DNA of 64,000 bases from Nymphaea colorata (lineage: Eukaryota): the NCBI RefSeq assembly GCF_008831285.2, contig NC_045138.2:28582001-28646000 (forward strand), given 5' to 3'. Position numbers and translations under genes: made by a program. Under the pieces are notes generated by a model. That model saw only the letters and a program-made list of their open reading frames with translations, was not told the DNA's origin and did no database searches. Shown here in pieces: positions 27,041 through 39,984 of the stretch. The stretch's first letter is position 1. Each line of letters starts with the position of its first letter.

Positions 27041-29356
27041 ATGAGCTGCTGCCGGCACCCTTCTAAGAAAACTCCTCAAGGGTCAGAAGTCACCATGGAG
27101 GAGAAAGAAATACTAAGCATCCCTGCAGCACAGCTCACCCTTGTGGACTCTAATCACAGTTTGAAGATCTGTCGTGGTGAATTCACCATCCTCAAACTCA
27201 TCCAAGAAGGAGCCGCAATTGCCATCATTGTCAAGGTCGGCGATGACTACCAGTGGCCGCTGACAAAGGACGAACCTGTCGTGAAGCTCGATGATCTTCA
27301 CTACCTCTTCTCCGTTAAGCCACCTTCAACTGAAGAAAAGAAGAAGGCTGAGTTCATCAGCTATGGTGTCAAGTTCAGTAAGAGAAGTAGGGCGGTTGAT
27401 GCACTGGACGCATTTCTAAGTGAGAATTCTTGCTTCAGTGCAGTTAAAACAGAAGCCGCCACGCCGGTGGCAGAAACCGCCACAAAAGTGGGTTGTTGTG
27501 GGTTTGGGAAGGGATTAGAGGATGACGACTGGAAGAAGTATGCACCAAACGTGGAAAATTATCATGGAACTTTAGCCAAGGCCATTGCTAGTGGCACAGG
27601 TGAGGTAGTAAAGGGAGTGTTCATTTGTAGTAATGCTTATAGGTCTGCCTTGCAGAATGGTAGTGAAACGCTTAAGAATGATGTGCAAGTTAAGGCTGGA
27701 TCTTCAAGCAAAAATAAGGGCCTTGCTAAAAAGGGCCTCAAAAGGTAGTGTTTGATCTCTCTCTCTCCCCCTTTCTTTTTCCTTGTTTGCTGAATTTTGT
27801 TTCCATTTGGCTGGTTCATTCACTCTCTGCAACATATTCTGCAATGTCTATGACAAAATCTTGGTCTGGATACAGTGGCAAATGCAGAAGTTTTCAAAAA
27901 TATGCTAGTACTTTTGTCAGTTTCTGTTGCAGGGTTTCAGTTTTCAACATCTGATATACTGTGAAGAACAATTTTCAAGCATTCGCTTATTCCGAGGAAA
28001 ACACAATCTTTTTTGTGATTCTACAAATATTTTCTCTCTGTTTTTCTATGTTGTTCGTGCCTTCTCATGCTTTCACATAAGATGCACCACATTTTTTCCC
28101 AGGTTTCTTTCAGAAACAATCAGAATGTTTAAAATGCTTCAAGATTTTTCATCCGTTAGAACTGTCAAGAAACATATTTGCAGCTATTTTTGTTTGAAAT
28201 GGAGACCATGAACATACATTTCATTGGAAAAAGTATTGCCATCTCAGGGTGCGGAAGATGTCAAAGATGACCGAGAAGTTGAGCCATACTGTGCTTGAAG
28301 GTGTTGTTACGGCCACAGGATCAATTACTGGTAGTATGGTTAAATCACAAGCCGGAAAGAAGTTCTTTTCATTGATGCCCGGGGAGGTGCTTCTGGTAAC
28401 ACTGGATGCTGTTGGTGAGTATCATACATATGATATCTTTTGTGACCATGGCTGACACTGACGACTAATAGGTGGTTTAATTCAGTATGGATTGTCCTCA
28501 TGCTGCTACTCCATATCTGTTGTTAATTTATTCCAGGCAAAACTCTTAAGGTCAGGTCGTAGCTTGCATGTTAAGTGTAATTCATTCTCAGATGTCGGTG
28601 TCCTTTGTATTGCAGATAAGGTGTTAGAAGCTTTAGAGGTTGCTGGAAAAGATTCTCTGTCTGTAACTGCTGGTGCCACTACAAGAATGGTCTCCGAAAG
28701 GTAAATTGATGGCATGAGCCTTTTCGCCCTCATTTCTGTCAATACTAGCATGCCACCTTGAATAACAAAATCGAATTTGGCAAAACGTTGTCAATTGTAG
28801 TTCATCAATTGCACTGAAACCCTGCATTCCTTAAGGCAAAGTACCTTATTGATCATACACTCAAGGAATTAATGTTCCACGCCTTCAATTGCTATGTGAT
28901 CAATGAACTGGAACCAAGTGAACTCATGGAGTACTAATTTCTGCTGCTAATTGCCATGTTCTTGCATTCTGAATTGAACTCATGAGCCTGTGTCCTTTGA
29001 AGTATTTCCGTCTTCACATTATGGGCCAAGTCTAGTTTAAGAAAGCACTACCCATCACCTCTGGTCTTATGGCATCATCAATTGGTCAAGCCTCTGTTTC
29101 TTTCCATAAAAAATGACCATGGTCGCCATGCTTATGGATGGTGGAAGATTATAACCTGTAACTGTCTTTCTCTTTCCTTTTTCCTACTTTTTCAAGGTTT
29201 GGAGAAGATGTAGGAGAGGTCACAGATGATGTGCTTGCTACTGCTGGTCATGCACTTGGCACAGCCTGGAACGTGTTCAAGATCAGGAAAGCCATCAACC
29301 CAGCATCTAAAAAGGGAATTCAAAAGGCTATCATGAAAAGTGTAATAAAGAAGTGA
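27041..29356 (+). CDS. senescence/dehydration-associated protein (ERD7-like, senescence/spartin-associated domain), 4 exons
   Basis: Exons 27041-27744, 28248-28414, 28616-28700, 29197-29356, GT-AG and in phase. Family motifs QWPLTKDEPVVKLD.LHYLFS, W..YAPNVENY.GTLAKAIASGTG, KRVRKMSKMTEKLS, GKKFFSLMPGEVLLVTLDA, AGHALGTAWNVFKIRKAINP. Confidence 0.92.
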
Positions 29357-29588
29357 AGGCCAAGGAATGTGGGAGCAGAATTATCAGAATATATACTCAT
29401 TTTTTTGCCAATTGACCTACAAAATGACGCTTCAATATTTGTTGTTGTTGTTTACCTATTATTATATGACTGGACATTGGTTCCTGTTCTTGAGTAAACT
29501 ATGCGACAGCAATATATTCTAGTTTTCTGTTTTCATTTTTCCACGAAACTGGCAGAGATCAAAGTAGAACATCTTTTAATGCCCTGAT

Positions 29589-29789
29589 GATAACATAAAA
29601 TGCGTCGCTCTGGAAGATTGGGAATGCTAAATTACAGAGGGATACGATATATATACCTCATTATGCAACAAATACGGCTACTTCTCATGGCTAGACAAGG
29701 ACGAGAACTTATAGATAGAGATCTAGGACTCTACCACAAACTTGATCACAATGAGAAAAGGCAGAGACATACGTCCGTAGAAACTTTCA
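29589..29789 (-). mobile_element. possible short solo LTR
   Basis: ~200 bp bounded by TG...CA (minus-strand TGAAAGTTTC...TGTTATCA) with internal TATATA and TGTAA; no exact TSD found. Confidence 0.3.
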
Positions 29790-30186
29790 TCCTGTCTTTC
29801 TCCCTCACTCTCCCCTTCATGTTATTTCACTTGCTTCTCTCATAATTCGCCAATATATACGGGCGCAATGCTTGTATGCTGATCAATGTGAGTTGGTTAC
29901 CTACGTGACCACTCCCATTTACACATGATGGGTAGACAGGTTACTAAACTTTCAAAGTGAACTTGACATGCATTCTCAATCAGCATAATAGCGACAAGAA
30001 TATGCCGCCCTCGAGCATATATAAATAGTGACCAATAGTGTATTTATTAGTGTAATTCAATAGTTTAACCTGATTAAAAACCAAACTATGTGCAAGCAAA
30101 TGCACATTAAATCTCGTTTTTGCCTTAGATCAAAGTTCACCTTCACAAGTCTCTACATATTGAATCCATAAGTAGTTGATGAATAT

Positions 30187-30188
<2 letters not shown>

Positions 30189-30254
<66 letters not shown>

Positions 30255-30271
30255 GTGTGTGTGTGTGTGTG
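30189..30271. repeat. (AT)n(GT)n microsatellite
   Basis: Directly visible. Confidence 0.93.
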
Positions 30272-31833
30272 CACACACAAAAACACAAACAACACTATCT
30301 AAGCAATTTTACTTGCTGATAGTAAATATAGACGCCTGTAAGGTATTAAATGATTGTTCTCTCCTTTATGTATCTCTTGCATTAGAAATAGTTGTTTCCT
30401 CATACTAAATTAGCAACATTAATTCATCACTTCAAAATAAAGTCAAGAATCTATAGTGGTAGCACAAAATTTGATACATACAATAACATAAAATCCAATA
30501 TCTTCATGGACTTGACAATGGAAAACTAGTGGCCATTCTTCATTTCCCCAATTTGATCGACTTATTCTTCAGTGCAACATATACTGTATGCCTCACATAC
30601 TATGACAGAGCTAACTCATAATCACGAGGTTATGCACTATGAGAAAAAATGGATTTTTTTGTCGTATAGATCATCAAGGATCAAGCTTTTCCCAAATAGT
30701 TGGTTCCAGTTCTCAAACATACCAACCTTAGTCCAACTATGAGAATTTGAGCCATCAAATATGGTTGGTAAGTGTACATAATTTGGGAAATTATATTTGT
30801 CTTTAATTTCTTAATATGAGACTTTGCTTTGATCCAATCAAGGTGATGTTCCCAAATAAAATATATGTGAAATGTCATCCACCCATCGAAGTTTTTCTTT
30901 TTTCAATTTATTAACAATTAAACTCATAAAAACCCATCATACTATTAAATAAGTTTCTCCAAATTTTGTCCATTTCATTTGAACTCACCTATCAGTGCAA
31001 CTTTCCTGCTTGTTCTATCATTTAACAAGGGAAGGACAAAAAAGAATGAAAAAAATAAAACGTCCAAAATAGATCTTTTTTTCTTTTTACATCACCAAAA
31101 TATTTCCATTGGTAACATGCAATTTTGATTTATCGTGGCCGATGCCAAAAACATAAAACACATGCAAAGTATGTCAGGAAAAAAAAGTATGCAAACACAT
31201 GCAAACGTATACCAGCGTAATGCTCGTATGCTGGCCACTCCCTCCATCTCCATGAGAGCGGATCTGGATCTTGACCCATCATTGACAGATCTAGATCTAG
31301 TCACCAAACGTTACAATCATGTAAATTTTTTACGGACAGTGACGTCTTTAACTTCAAAGTATGAGAACGCCAGTGACTGATATTCGATTTCAAGACATCG
31401 AAGAACTTGGATTACTAAACCGAAGGGATATATTTTGTGGGTTTTCATTAGTTTTAAGAAACCACAAAGAACCAATGGAAACAGTAATTTTATCAGTAGA
31501 TTGTGATATCAAAAACAAAAATTGTGACTAAAAGTTTCAATTTCTCTTGTTGATAGAACTTTAGTTGGAGCCCTTTTTGATAGTTTTCATAAAAAGATTT
31601 TAAGCGTTGTGTTTTAAACATTTTTTATTTAAACACTTTTCGTGCAGTTTTCTAGGATTACGAAAGAGTTGGATTTGATAAGAGGGTTTTAATACCTCAC
31701 TTCCAATATATTTGGGTGCAACAGTCCTGACCCGTTTCAATCAAGACGGGGAAGGAGGGAATTGGAATTCAAACTCTCTCCGTCTCTGTACCTCTCCCTC
31801 GCTTCATTCTCACCTGCATCCTTCGAATCCGGG

Positions 31834-34800
31834 ATGCCGAAAGTCGCGAAGGATAAGTCCGCAAAAAAGCTTTCCGACATCTCCAATCTTGCCAAGAGTT
31901 CGAAGTCGGGCAAGAAGGAGAGCGAAAAGAGCGGCAATCAAACTGAGCGCCTTTTCCATACCGACTTGACAAATCTCATTCATCAGGTGAACCCCTAAGT
32001 TCTTCCTCTCTTAGATAATCGAAAAAATGAGAAGAATAATTTGAAATTGTGGCACTCAATGTGGGCAATGTTTTTTTTTTTTTTTCTGATGGGTTTGTTT
32101 TGGTTTCTGGTCTATGAAAATGTTGAACCCAAATGTGGGGATTCGTGTTGAGTTGAAGGGCAATCTTTGTTCTTCTTTCGCTTTGTGCTTTTGCAATTGG
32201 GATTCTTTTAAGTTGAACGGAACAAGCATCTGGCTGCGGATTCACAAAAAAATTGGAAGAGGAATTGCTGTGAGTTCCGGATCTTGACTGTCTTGAGCAC
32301 CATCTCCAGAGGATGCATTGTTCTGGTCCTGTGCTTCATCTCTCTGTGTGTGCGTGTGCGTGTGTGTGTGTTTTTTTTCTTTTTTTCTTTTAGCTCTTCT
32401 TAGAGATGGGTTCAGTAAATTTTACGTGGGAAAGCACAAATTTTCTGGGCAAGTTTCGGAGCTTACCATTTGGGAGGTGCCCTTTCGTTATCATGTTATG
32501 CACTGTTCGCATTGTTTCACTATGCGTCACAAGCTTAAGAGAATGAAGGGTGGAAAACTGAATCACACAGAAAAATGGGTTTTACGCAGTTCGGCCACTG
32601 GGGCCTATCTCCACGGGCAAGCAGTTGAGGTTTATTATCTTCAATATAGAGTTACAAGCAAACTTATATAGTGGTATCAAGAACAATAGCACCCAACGGC
32701 TATTGCATGAACTAAGGCAAGCATTGCTAGGAGAAGGACTTGCGATCTTGAGAGAAGCAATCATTGCTGCTTCTACATGAGTTTCCTTCTTTAGAAAGCA
32801 GAATTTCCATATGAGATGGCAGAGATGAATGTTGTCAAGAAATGTAGCATCATTCTATCAGTTATTGGTACGGCGTAGCAGCCGATACCTACCATTATAT
32901 ATATCGACCCGTATGGCCCTCTTCTAAATTTATGAATTTTTTAAGTTAATTTAAATTACTATTAAATTAATTTAATAATTAAAAATACAAAAGCAGTAAA
33001 ACCTGTATCGACCTTGTATCGCTTATCAATCGATAACCAATGCGGACTGATATTTATAGCATGAACACTGCGACAGAGAACATAAATGGAGACCACCGTT
33101 CTTCTCATAAATTAACTACTTTAAATAATCTTTCTCAACACGCTATTGATTACTTTAAATAATCTTTCCCAACATTCTCCTTCAAGTGGAGTTTAGGGGT
33201 CATATACCTTCATTTGTTAAGAATATATTCAAACTGAAGTTGAGGAAATCCTTTAGCAGGTGTGTGCGCTAGTTGCTCAAAGCTCTTGATATAAGGTGTA
33301 ATAGTATTTCCCCTTTAATTCTTTGTCTAATAAAAAGAAAGTCTACTTTCATGTGTTTAGTTTGTTCACGATAGACTGGATTTTCTGCAACATGGATTGT
33401 TGATTGATTCTCACAATCTATGTCACTTGGGTGCCTCTAAATGGCTGCCGCACCTGTGTTGGCGCTGGTGCTGATTCTGGTGCTTCTCCAACGCAGCACA
33501 TTCAATTCGGTCAGCCAAACCAAGTCAAAACTGACTAGTTTAAATGTGCACATAACTAAGTTATCTTTAATACAAAATTTTATATGTAAATATAAATAAA
33601 TAAGGCTACTAACCAGCTAAATAACTATGTAACAAATGATTTATATTCATATATACACATATAATATACACTCTTGCCCCCCCATACCTATTTTTTTAAA
33701 AAAATTTCCACATTTGCACCAGCTCCAACACCCACACCCCGCACTCATGTGACATAACTCACAATTTTTTTTTTTTTGGGAAGTTCAACATGCAACGGTA
33801 ACTTAGTGAAAAGTGACGTGAGCTATGTAAGTTCACATGTCACTGCAGTCATGGCTCACTATTCAGGTTAAACACTGGATCTTGAGATAGTATTTATTTG
33901 TTGCTTCTCCAAATTATCAAGTTATCTTCAACAAAGGCACTGTATCCAATTGTAGACTTCTGGATACTGCTATTAGCTTAGTCTGCATCTGTATACCCCT
34001 CAATATGATGATAAGTGCTCCTTTATTACCACAGAGCAAGGCCTAAACTATTCTTGATGTATTCATGAATGCGAGTGTGATTGCTGTAACATGACAAGGT
34101 TTTGGTATGCATAGTTGCTGAATTACTACTCTTTACAACATAGGAAATACCAAACCAGTTACAGTCAAATAAAATAGTTTGCCCACTAATCTCTGGGACT
34201 GTTCAACATCAGGTAAAGATAATATTTCTTCATCACTATCAAGTTTACTGTAAGCCTCTATTGGGGTACCAATTGGTTTAGATCTAATTTTTCCAATCTC
34301 TTTCAGAATATTGAGTAGATATTTTTTCATTGAGAGAGATGAATTTCTTTCCTTGACAAGCAATCTCAATCTCAAGACAAAACCCTGTCTTCTAATCCTC
34401 CCAAGTCTTCTAATGTCAAAACCCTGTGCTAGATGCTCTTTGACTTTAGTTATTTCTAATTCATCATTTTTGTAATAGCACTGTCATCAGCACAAATGAG
34501 GACCATAGTAGTTTTATCTCAATATTTTCAAGATGAATAAATATGAATAATGAATTGTGAGAGATGAATTAATGAAATCTCTGTTCTTCATGAGTTTGAC
34601 AGCCAGAAATACCATGTTCTAGGTGATTTCTTGATGCCTTATATGGCCTTTTTCAGTTGACAAACAAGATTAGGTTTGCCTTCTTAAGGACGACTAGCCA
34701 GTAACTGCAGATAGACTTCTTTTTTTAAGGTTTCCCCTGTAAAAAGAAATTTTTAGCGTCAACTTGATAGAAATGCTGTATTCATTTTTCTAACTGGAGC

Positions 34801-37575
34801 AAAAGTCTCTTCATGATCAATTCCAAAACTTTGTGTGATTCCTTCTGCTACATGCCTAGCATTGTAATGTTCAGCAGGTTCATACTTTATTTACAAACGA
34901 ATTGGCAATTGACCAATTGTCTACTTTTTTACCTGTAAGAAGTATACGTACTTCCCATTGTCTGATTTTTATGAAGAACTTTATTAACTTCCTTTTGCAG
35001 GCTTTAGGGCCTACATCCAAGGGCAAGCAGTAAAGAATTTCTCGTTATCTTCAATGTAAACTAGAGAGTTACACAAGAAATTTAGTGCCATCAAGGACTA
35101 GCACCCAACGGCTATTACATGAATTAAGGCAAACAGTTACAGGAGGACTTGCAATCTTGAGAGGAAGGCTATGTTGCTGAGTCTGCATGAATTTCCTTCT
35201 TTAGAAAATGAAAATTGAGATGAGATGGACCGTATATGGAGATTAACATTCTTCTCATGGGCTGATTGCTGCAAAGAATATTTCTGAACACGATGTAAAA
35301 TTCTGAGGTGCCCATCCCTTTCCTAGTGGAAAAGTCTCCCTGTTGATTTATTGCTGCTTGGAAGGGCAAAATACAAGAATTGTGGTTGGACACTGACCTT
35401 CCATTTCCAACCGCTGGTATATGCAGACATGACTTTTGACTAGTTACAAACTTAGAACCATAATCAGGCCTACTTTTTGTCTGCCATTGTTATACCTAAA
35501 AACTATTGGCATAGTCACAGCCTCACAGGGATCATGCATTTCTTTTCTAACGTTGATCAACCCTAAATGATTAATCTTATACATTTGTAATTGTAAATTT
35601 GTAATGAATGCTAAACGACAAATCTTGACATTTGTGTCTCACATTCACAAACATGCAGATGCGTGCATTGAAGGCATCTTTTTGGACCATATTTGCAACA
35701 TGCCCTGTGATTTCACAACCATTAGCTTGGTAGTTATATTTCATGCATTGTTTCTTTTATTAATAATTTATGTATTCAAGCTGGTATTATGTTGATGTTT
35801 TCTTGCCTGCCAACTTATTATTGGGCTAGTGCCATGTGATTAAAATGTGAGAGACTGAATACTGAAGCTTCAGAAGTATACTTGCAACTGGTCATTTTTT
35901 TATGCTGTCTGTTTTGCATTTGAAATCAAATTTCAGCGAGCTATATGGATTTATTGCTATGTTGTCCATTAATGTTACACAAGTTTTTTCTCGTCTCCGA
36001 TATATTGCCGAGTGGAATGCATTCCAATGTTCTGAATTCTGCTGCACTATTGTTGAACCATGTGATTCTTTGTTTGCAGATTGATGTTCTTCAGGTTCGT
36101 GCTAACAAGCTGAAGACAACTAGTAGTTTAAGAAGCCATGAAATTGAGTCCTTTAAGCGTGTACTATCTGATGTGCATGCTTCTTTACAGGTTTCAACTG
36201 CTTGTATTTTCTGGTGCTTAATTTTTGTTTGTCTCTATCTGTTCTACTTATTGATCTCACACTACATTTTTGTGGTTTAGCCATGGCTTATGAGATTCCA
36301 AGTGCCATTCCTGAAACAAGATATATCTTCATGCAACCAATCTATACCACAGCTAACGGGAACTTTGTCCTGCAAAGAAAATGATAATACCAGTTCACCC
36401 ACAAGACCACAAGAATTTGGTGCAGGAACATCAATTTCTCCTTCACCACTTGTAGCCTGGCATGCAGAATACCAAGCTGAGAATGGGAGACAACTATTTC
36501 TGCTGACACCCCTGCCAAAAGCAAAAGTTATGTCAGTCAAACGCCAAGATTGCTTGGCATCTACACTGAAGTATCACAGTAAGATTGGCCCTTCTACCAA
36601 TCAATTGTCTATTCCTGAAAATTGCCAAGATGATCGATCCCAAAGGGTAGCTGCTGCAAAAGGGGAAGCGGTCCATGGTATGGTTGAAAAGGTAGCAACA
36701 GATCCTGAGAAGGCATTGGATAGTATTTCTGATTCTGCTTTCATGAAGGCAAACTCTTCACAATCTGGTGTTCGATTGAAATCGAAGCTCTTGAGTAATC
36801 AGAAATGCAGTAATGCAACTTTTCTCATGACACCTTGTTTGAAAATGTCTCCACCAAAAACATGCTTGTTACTGGAACAAATCTCTGAAAATTGTGAAAC
36901 AGAACAAAACAATCCTCCTGAGATTACTCCAATTACTGTTAGAGTTCTTCATTTTGATGAAACTCACTCAGTTGAGCAATCTAAGGGAGATATTTCAAAG
37001 ATCTTGGCTTCGAGGTACCCCACAATGTTTCAATTGGCAAGGCCCAGTAAGACAGTATGCCTGAAGCAAGAACTTGAAGCTTCTCCTGAAAATCTTATCT
37101 CACCTCCTAAAACTTGTATCCTACTGGCACCATCGCCATCTGTCAATAGAACCCCGGTCATTGATGATGTTGCCAACCAGAAAGCGGTCATGAGCGTCTC
37201 AACTTCTGAAATAAATGAGGAAGATGATGGTCAAGTTCAATTTTGTGAAGAGTTACTTCATGATGGTGAGTTTTCTTTAGACCCCATACTATTTTGCTTG
37301 TTTAGATATGTTGATTTCCAAAGATTCAAATCAGATTTGTACTAATACATTCACATTGTTACTCAGCTACCACAAATATGGCAGTTCCAGAATGCACTCC
37401 AAGGAGCTTGGGAAAAGCAAGAAACACTGGTAAAGCACCTGGTGAGCAGACACTTAAAAGGGAATTATGGACTAAATTTGAAGCAATCTCTGTTCATTCT
37501 TCAAAGTTAAATTGTTCAGCTGACACGATTCCAACAAAGTTCCTCCATAGACTGGAAGAGGCCTCTGAGGAGTAG
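31834..37575 (+). CDS. uncharacterised plant protein, S/T-P-rich, 4 exons
   Basis: Exons 31834-31986, 36080-36190, 36281-37265, 37367-37575 join in frame through GT-AG sites (DLTNLIHQ|IDVLQVRANKL...HASLQ|PWLMRFQ...LLHD|ATTNMAVPECTP...LHRLEEASEE*). Long open exon 3. No family recognised with confidence. Confidence 0.82.
33100..34990 (-). mobile_element. decayed Ty1/copia fragment (RT-RNase H, PPT, start of 3' LTR) in intron 1 of the uncharacterised gene
   Basis: Minus-strand remnants: KKYLLNILKEIG...QRLVGKLFYLTVT (RT); CENQSTIHVAENPVYREQTKHMKVD (copia RNase H, cf. CDN.AAI.IA.NPVFHERTKHIEVD); purine tract then TGTTG at 33174. Many stops and frameshifts. Confidence 0.88.
33418..33757. mobile_element. 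non-autonomous hAT-type element nested in the copia RNase H
   Basis: TIRs CTATGTCACTTGGGTGC / GCACTCATGTGACATAA; exact 8-bp TSD ctcacaat (33410-33417, 33758-33765). Confidence 0.88.
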
Positions 37576-39195
37576 TCTCTTGTGTCTAAAACAGAAGATA
37601 CCCATTTGTATGTTTGAACTTCTGCTTCTGTTGACTGATGTAGAAACTGGATATCGGGTACACATTTTTGTACGCATTTGTGGCCTTAGGTTTACTTGCT
37701 CCTAAGTAGTTCCATCTTTTGCATATCTCTAAGCAGCAGATGTATTACTGCGATGTTGTTGTAGTTGATATCAGATGTTACATATCTGCGTCTAATGGCA
37801 GCTGCAGTTTAACTATTTCCCTAAGTATACTTGATTAGCTTGCACATGACATGCCCCACCTGAGTGCAATATGCTTTCCCTCAAATTCAAGTTTTTTGGT
37901 TAGAGTTGTGCTAGTTGAAATTTTGGCCATAATGTATGTCCCATGACTGTCCTTGAAATATGTGCGGATCCTCACTTTCTGGATTGGGGATCTATTTCTT
38001 TTACAGGGTGTGTTTTAAACTATTTCTCAGCCGTACAATGCATAAATCAAACACAAGATGCTGCATCTCGAGAAACTCGATCACTTTTACTTTGGAAACT
38101 CAAAAGAAATCTGCCGCAACCCAGGGAGTTTGACAAGAAACTTTATTTTCTTTCATTGCTTCTCTTGAATAAAATTTAGCCCGATAGATGTAATATATTC
38201 GGATCAGCATGTTTCATGTAAGCTTCCCTCTTCATATATTTTAGAGAGTCTGATTAGGCAGCACATATGGTCCTGTTAACACAGATGAATAGACAACGGG
38301 CACAACTTGGAAATTTAAAAACCGAAGCCACAAAGGAGCATCCTGCGAAGTGCGAACCGCCTTGAAATGTCACATCTTTTAAGAATGCGTTATTTGTCAA
38401 CATATAAAAAGTATATAGTGCCATTTATTAATTTATGCTCCTAAACTCACTGAATTGGTCTATATTTAAGAATGGTGGATGAAGTTGGGGAATCTGATCA
38501 AGTAACTCATGCTTTGGATTCGTTCCATTCAACTCGTGTGTTCCAATCTCAGCTCGATTCAACCAGTTGGCGAGGAGCTGAGAAGTTGAATTAGTTCAAT
38601 ATAACCAGTGAATCCCGAACAAATTAATGTTTTGGTAAAACTCGTGACAAAGTACAAAATCTGTCCCTGCTTGAAATCAAGTGTCTGTAGTGAAAACATA
38701 CCTGAATCCATTGCTTATCGATTCATGGCAGAGTCTTTCACAACCTAGTCACCCTCTCTGGAGAAATAAAAATTGATCTGAAAACGTAGTGTTGTTCAAA
38801 TGAAATTTTGTCTGAGTTGATCATTCAGATGAGCTGCTAATGAGTTGATCGCTCGACTCGAGTATACGCGTGTGCATGTGGGTCTATAAAGCCCAAAATC
38901 ACGTGGTTCGTAACTTCTTATAGCATGTTGCCGACTAATAATATATTTTACGAGCAAATTTATCTCTAATCCCGGCCTACTAATATATAATTACTATTAG
39001 TAAGCAAATTTACCTCCTACTTACTTTTGTTAATGGATATAATGTCAACCTATAAACTCATTGGGAAAAAACAACGGTGACTACAACCAGCAATTGAAGT
39101 GCCCCTGTTTTGTCTCATTAGCTGAGTCATTGCCCCAAGCACAAAAGTTGGGAATGCAATTATATTGTTGTTGGATCACACTTTGCCATTACAAG

Positions 39196-39363
39196 CAAGG
39201 GTGGAAGTAGGAATTTCTTGACTATAATTTCAAAATTTTAACAAAAGTCAAAACAAAATTTTTATTGTTTTTTATATATTAAACTAAAATACATATAAGT
39301 TTTTTAATTTTTAAAAATTTGAGAGGGGCGAATGCCCCTGTCGGCCCCTTGCTTCCACCCCTG
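39196..39363. mobile_element. short hAT-like MITE upstream of MMS19
   Basis: TIRs CAAGGGTGGAAG / CTTCCACCCCTG; degenerate 8-bp TSD attacaag / actacaac. Confidence 0.62.
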
Positions 39364-39984
39364 ACTACAACTACAAGTACCTTTCTCATGAAATGACTCA
39401 ATCTTCATTCATGGTGATTATGAACCGATTTTGAACTACTTTATATACATATAACCGTGTTTTGGATATTGCCGGATATTACCGGTGGCTAAAAACTAAA
39501 AATGTCATTAGAAAGAAAACACCACATCTATATTAAACAATTCTTTATGATGCAACAGTACTTCATAGTGTTTCTAGCAACTACTCATGATGCTTCTAAC
39601 AAGAGATTTTTGTTTTTGATCATCCAATAGGACGCCATAACCTTAGATTTCGTTCATTCAACATCTTATTTTGCATGCCATACAAGTGGTTAGAAGGAAG
39701 AAATTGGAAGCTAAGCCACTATGGAGTGTTATCTCCTCTAATCCTTTTGCAATTCAACGTCTAGTAGAGACCGGACTGCAGCGTTGCTCACACTCGAACC
39801 ACTTTCCTAGTGTCGTAATTTTCCGGCTCAAGCGAGGGCTGATTTAAGAGGCGAGGCCCTTTTGAAAACCCCCGCTCTTCTTCGCGGGTTAACGATCTCT
39901 TGCGGGGTGGCGGGAGAAGCACTGAAGCGAAGAGCTCCCGCTTGTCGAGACCTAATGGCTGCGGAAGGGGAGGTATTCGGAGAA

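Noticed and set aside
39815..39925. E2F-like motifs near the MMS19 start (TTTCCGGC, TTCGCGG, GGCGGGAGAA)
   Set aside because: None matches the WTTSSCSS consensus exactly; too weak to call.
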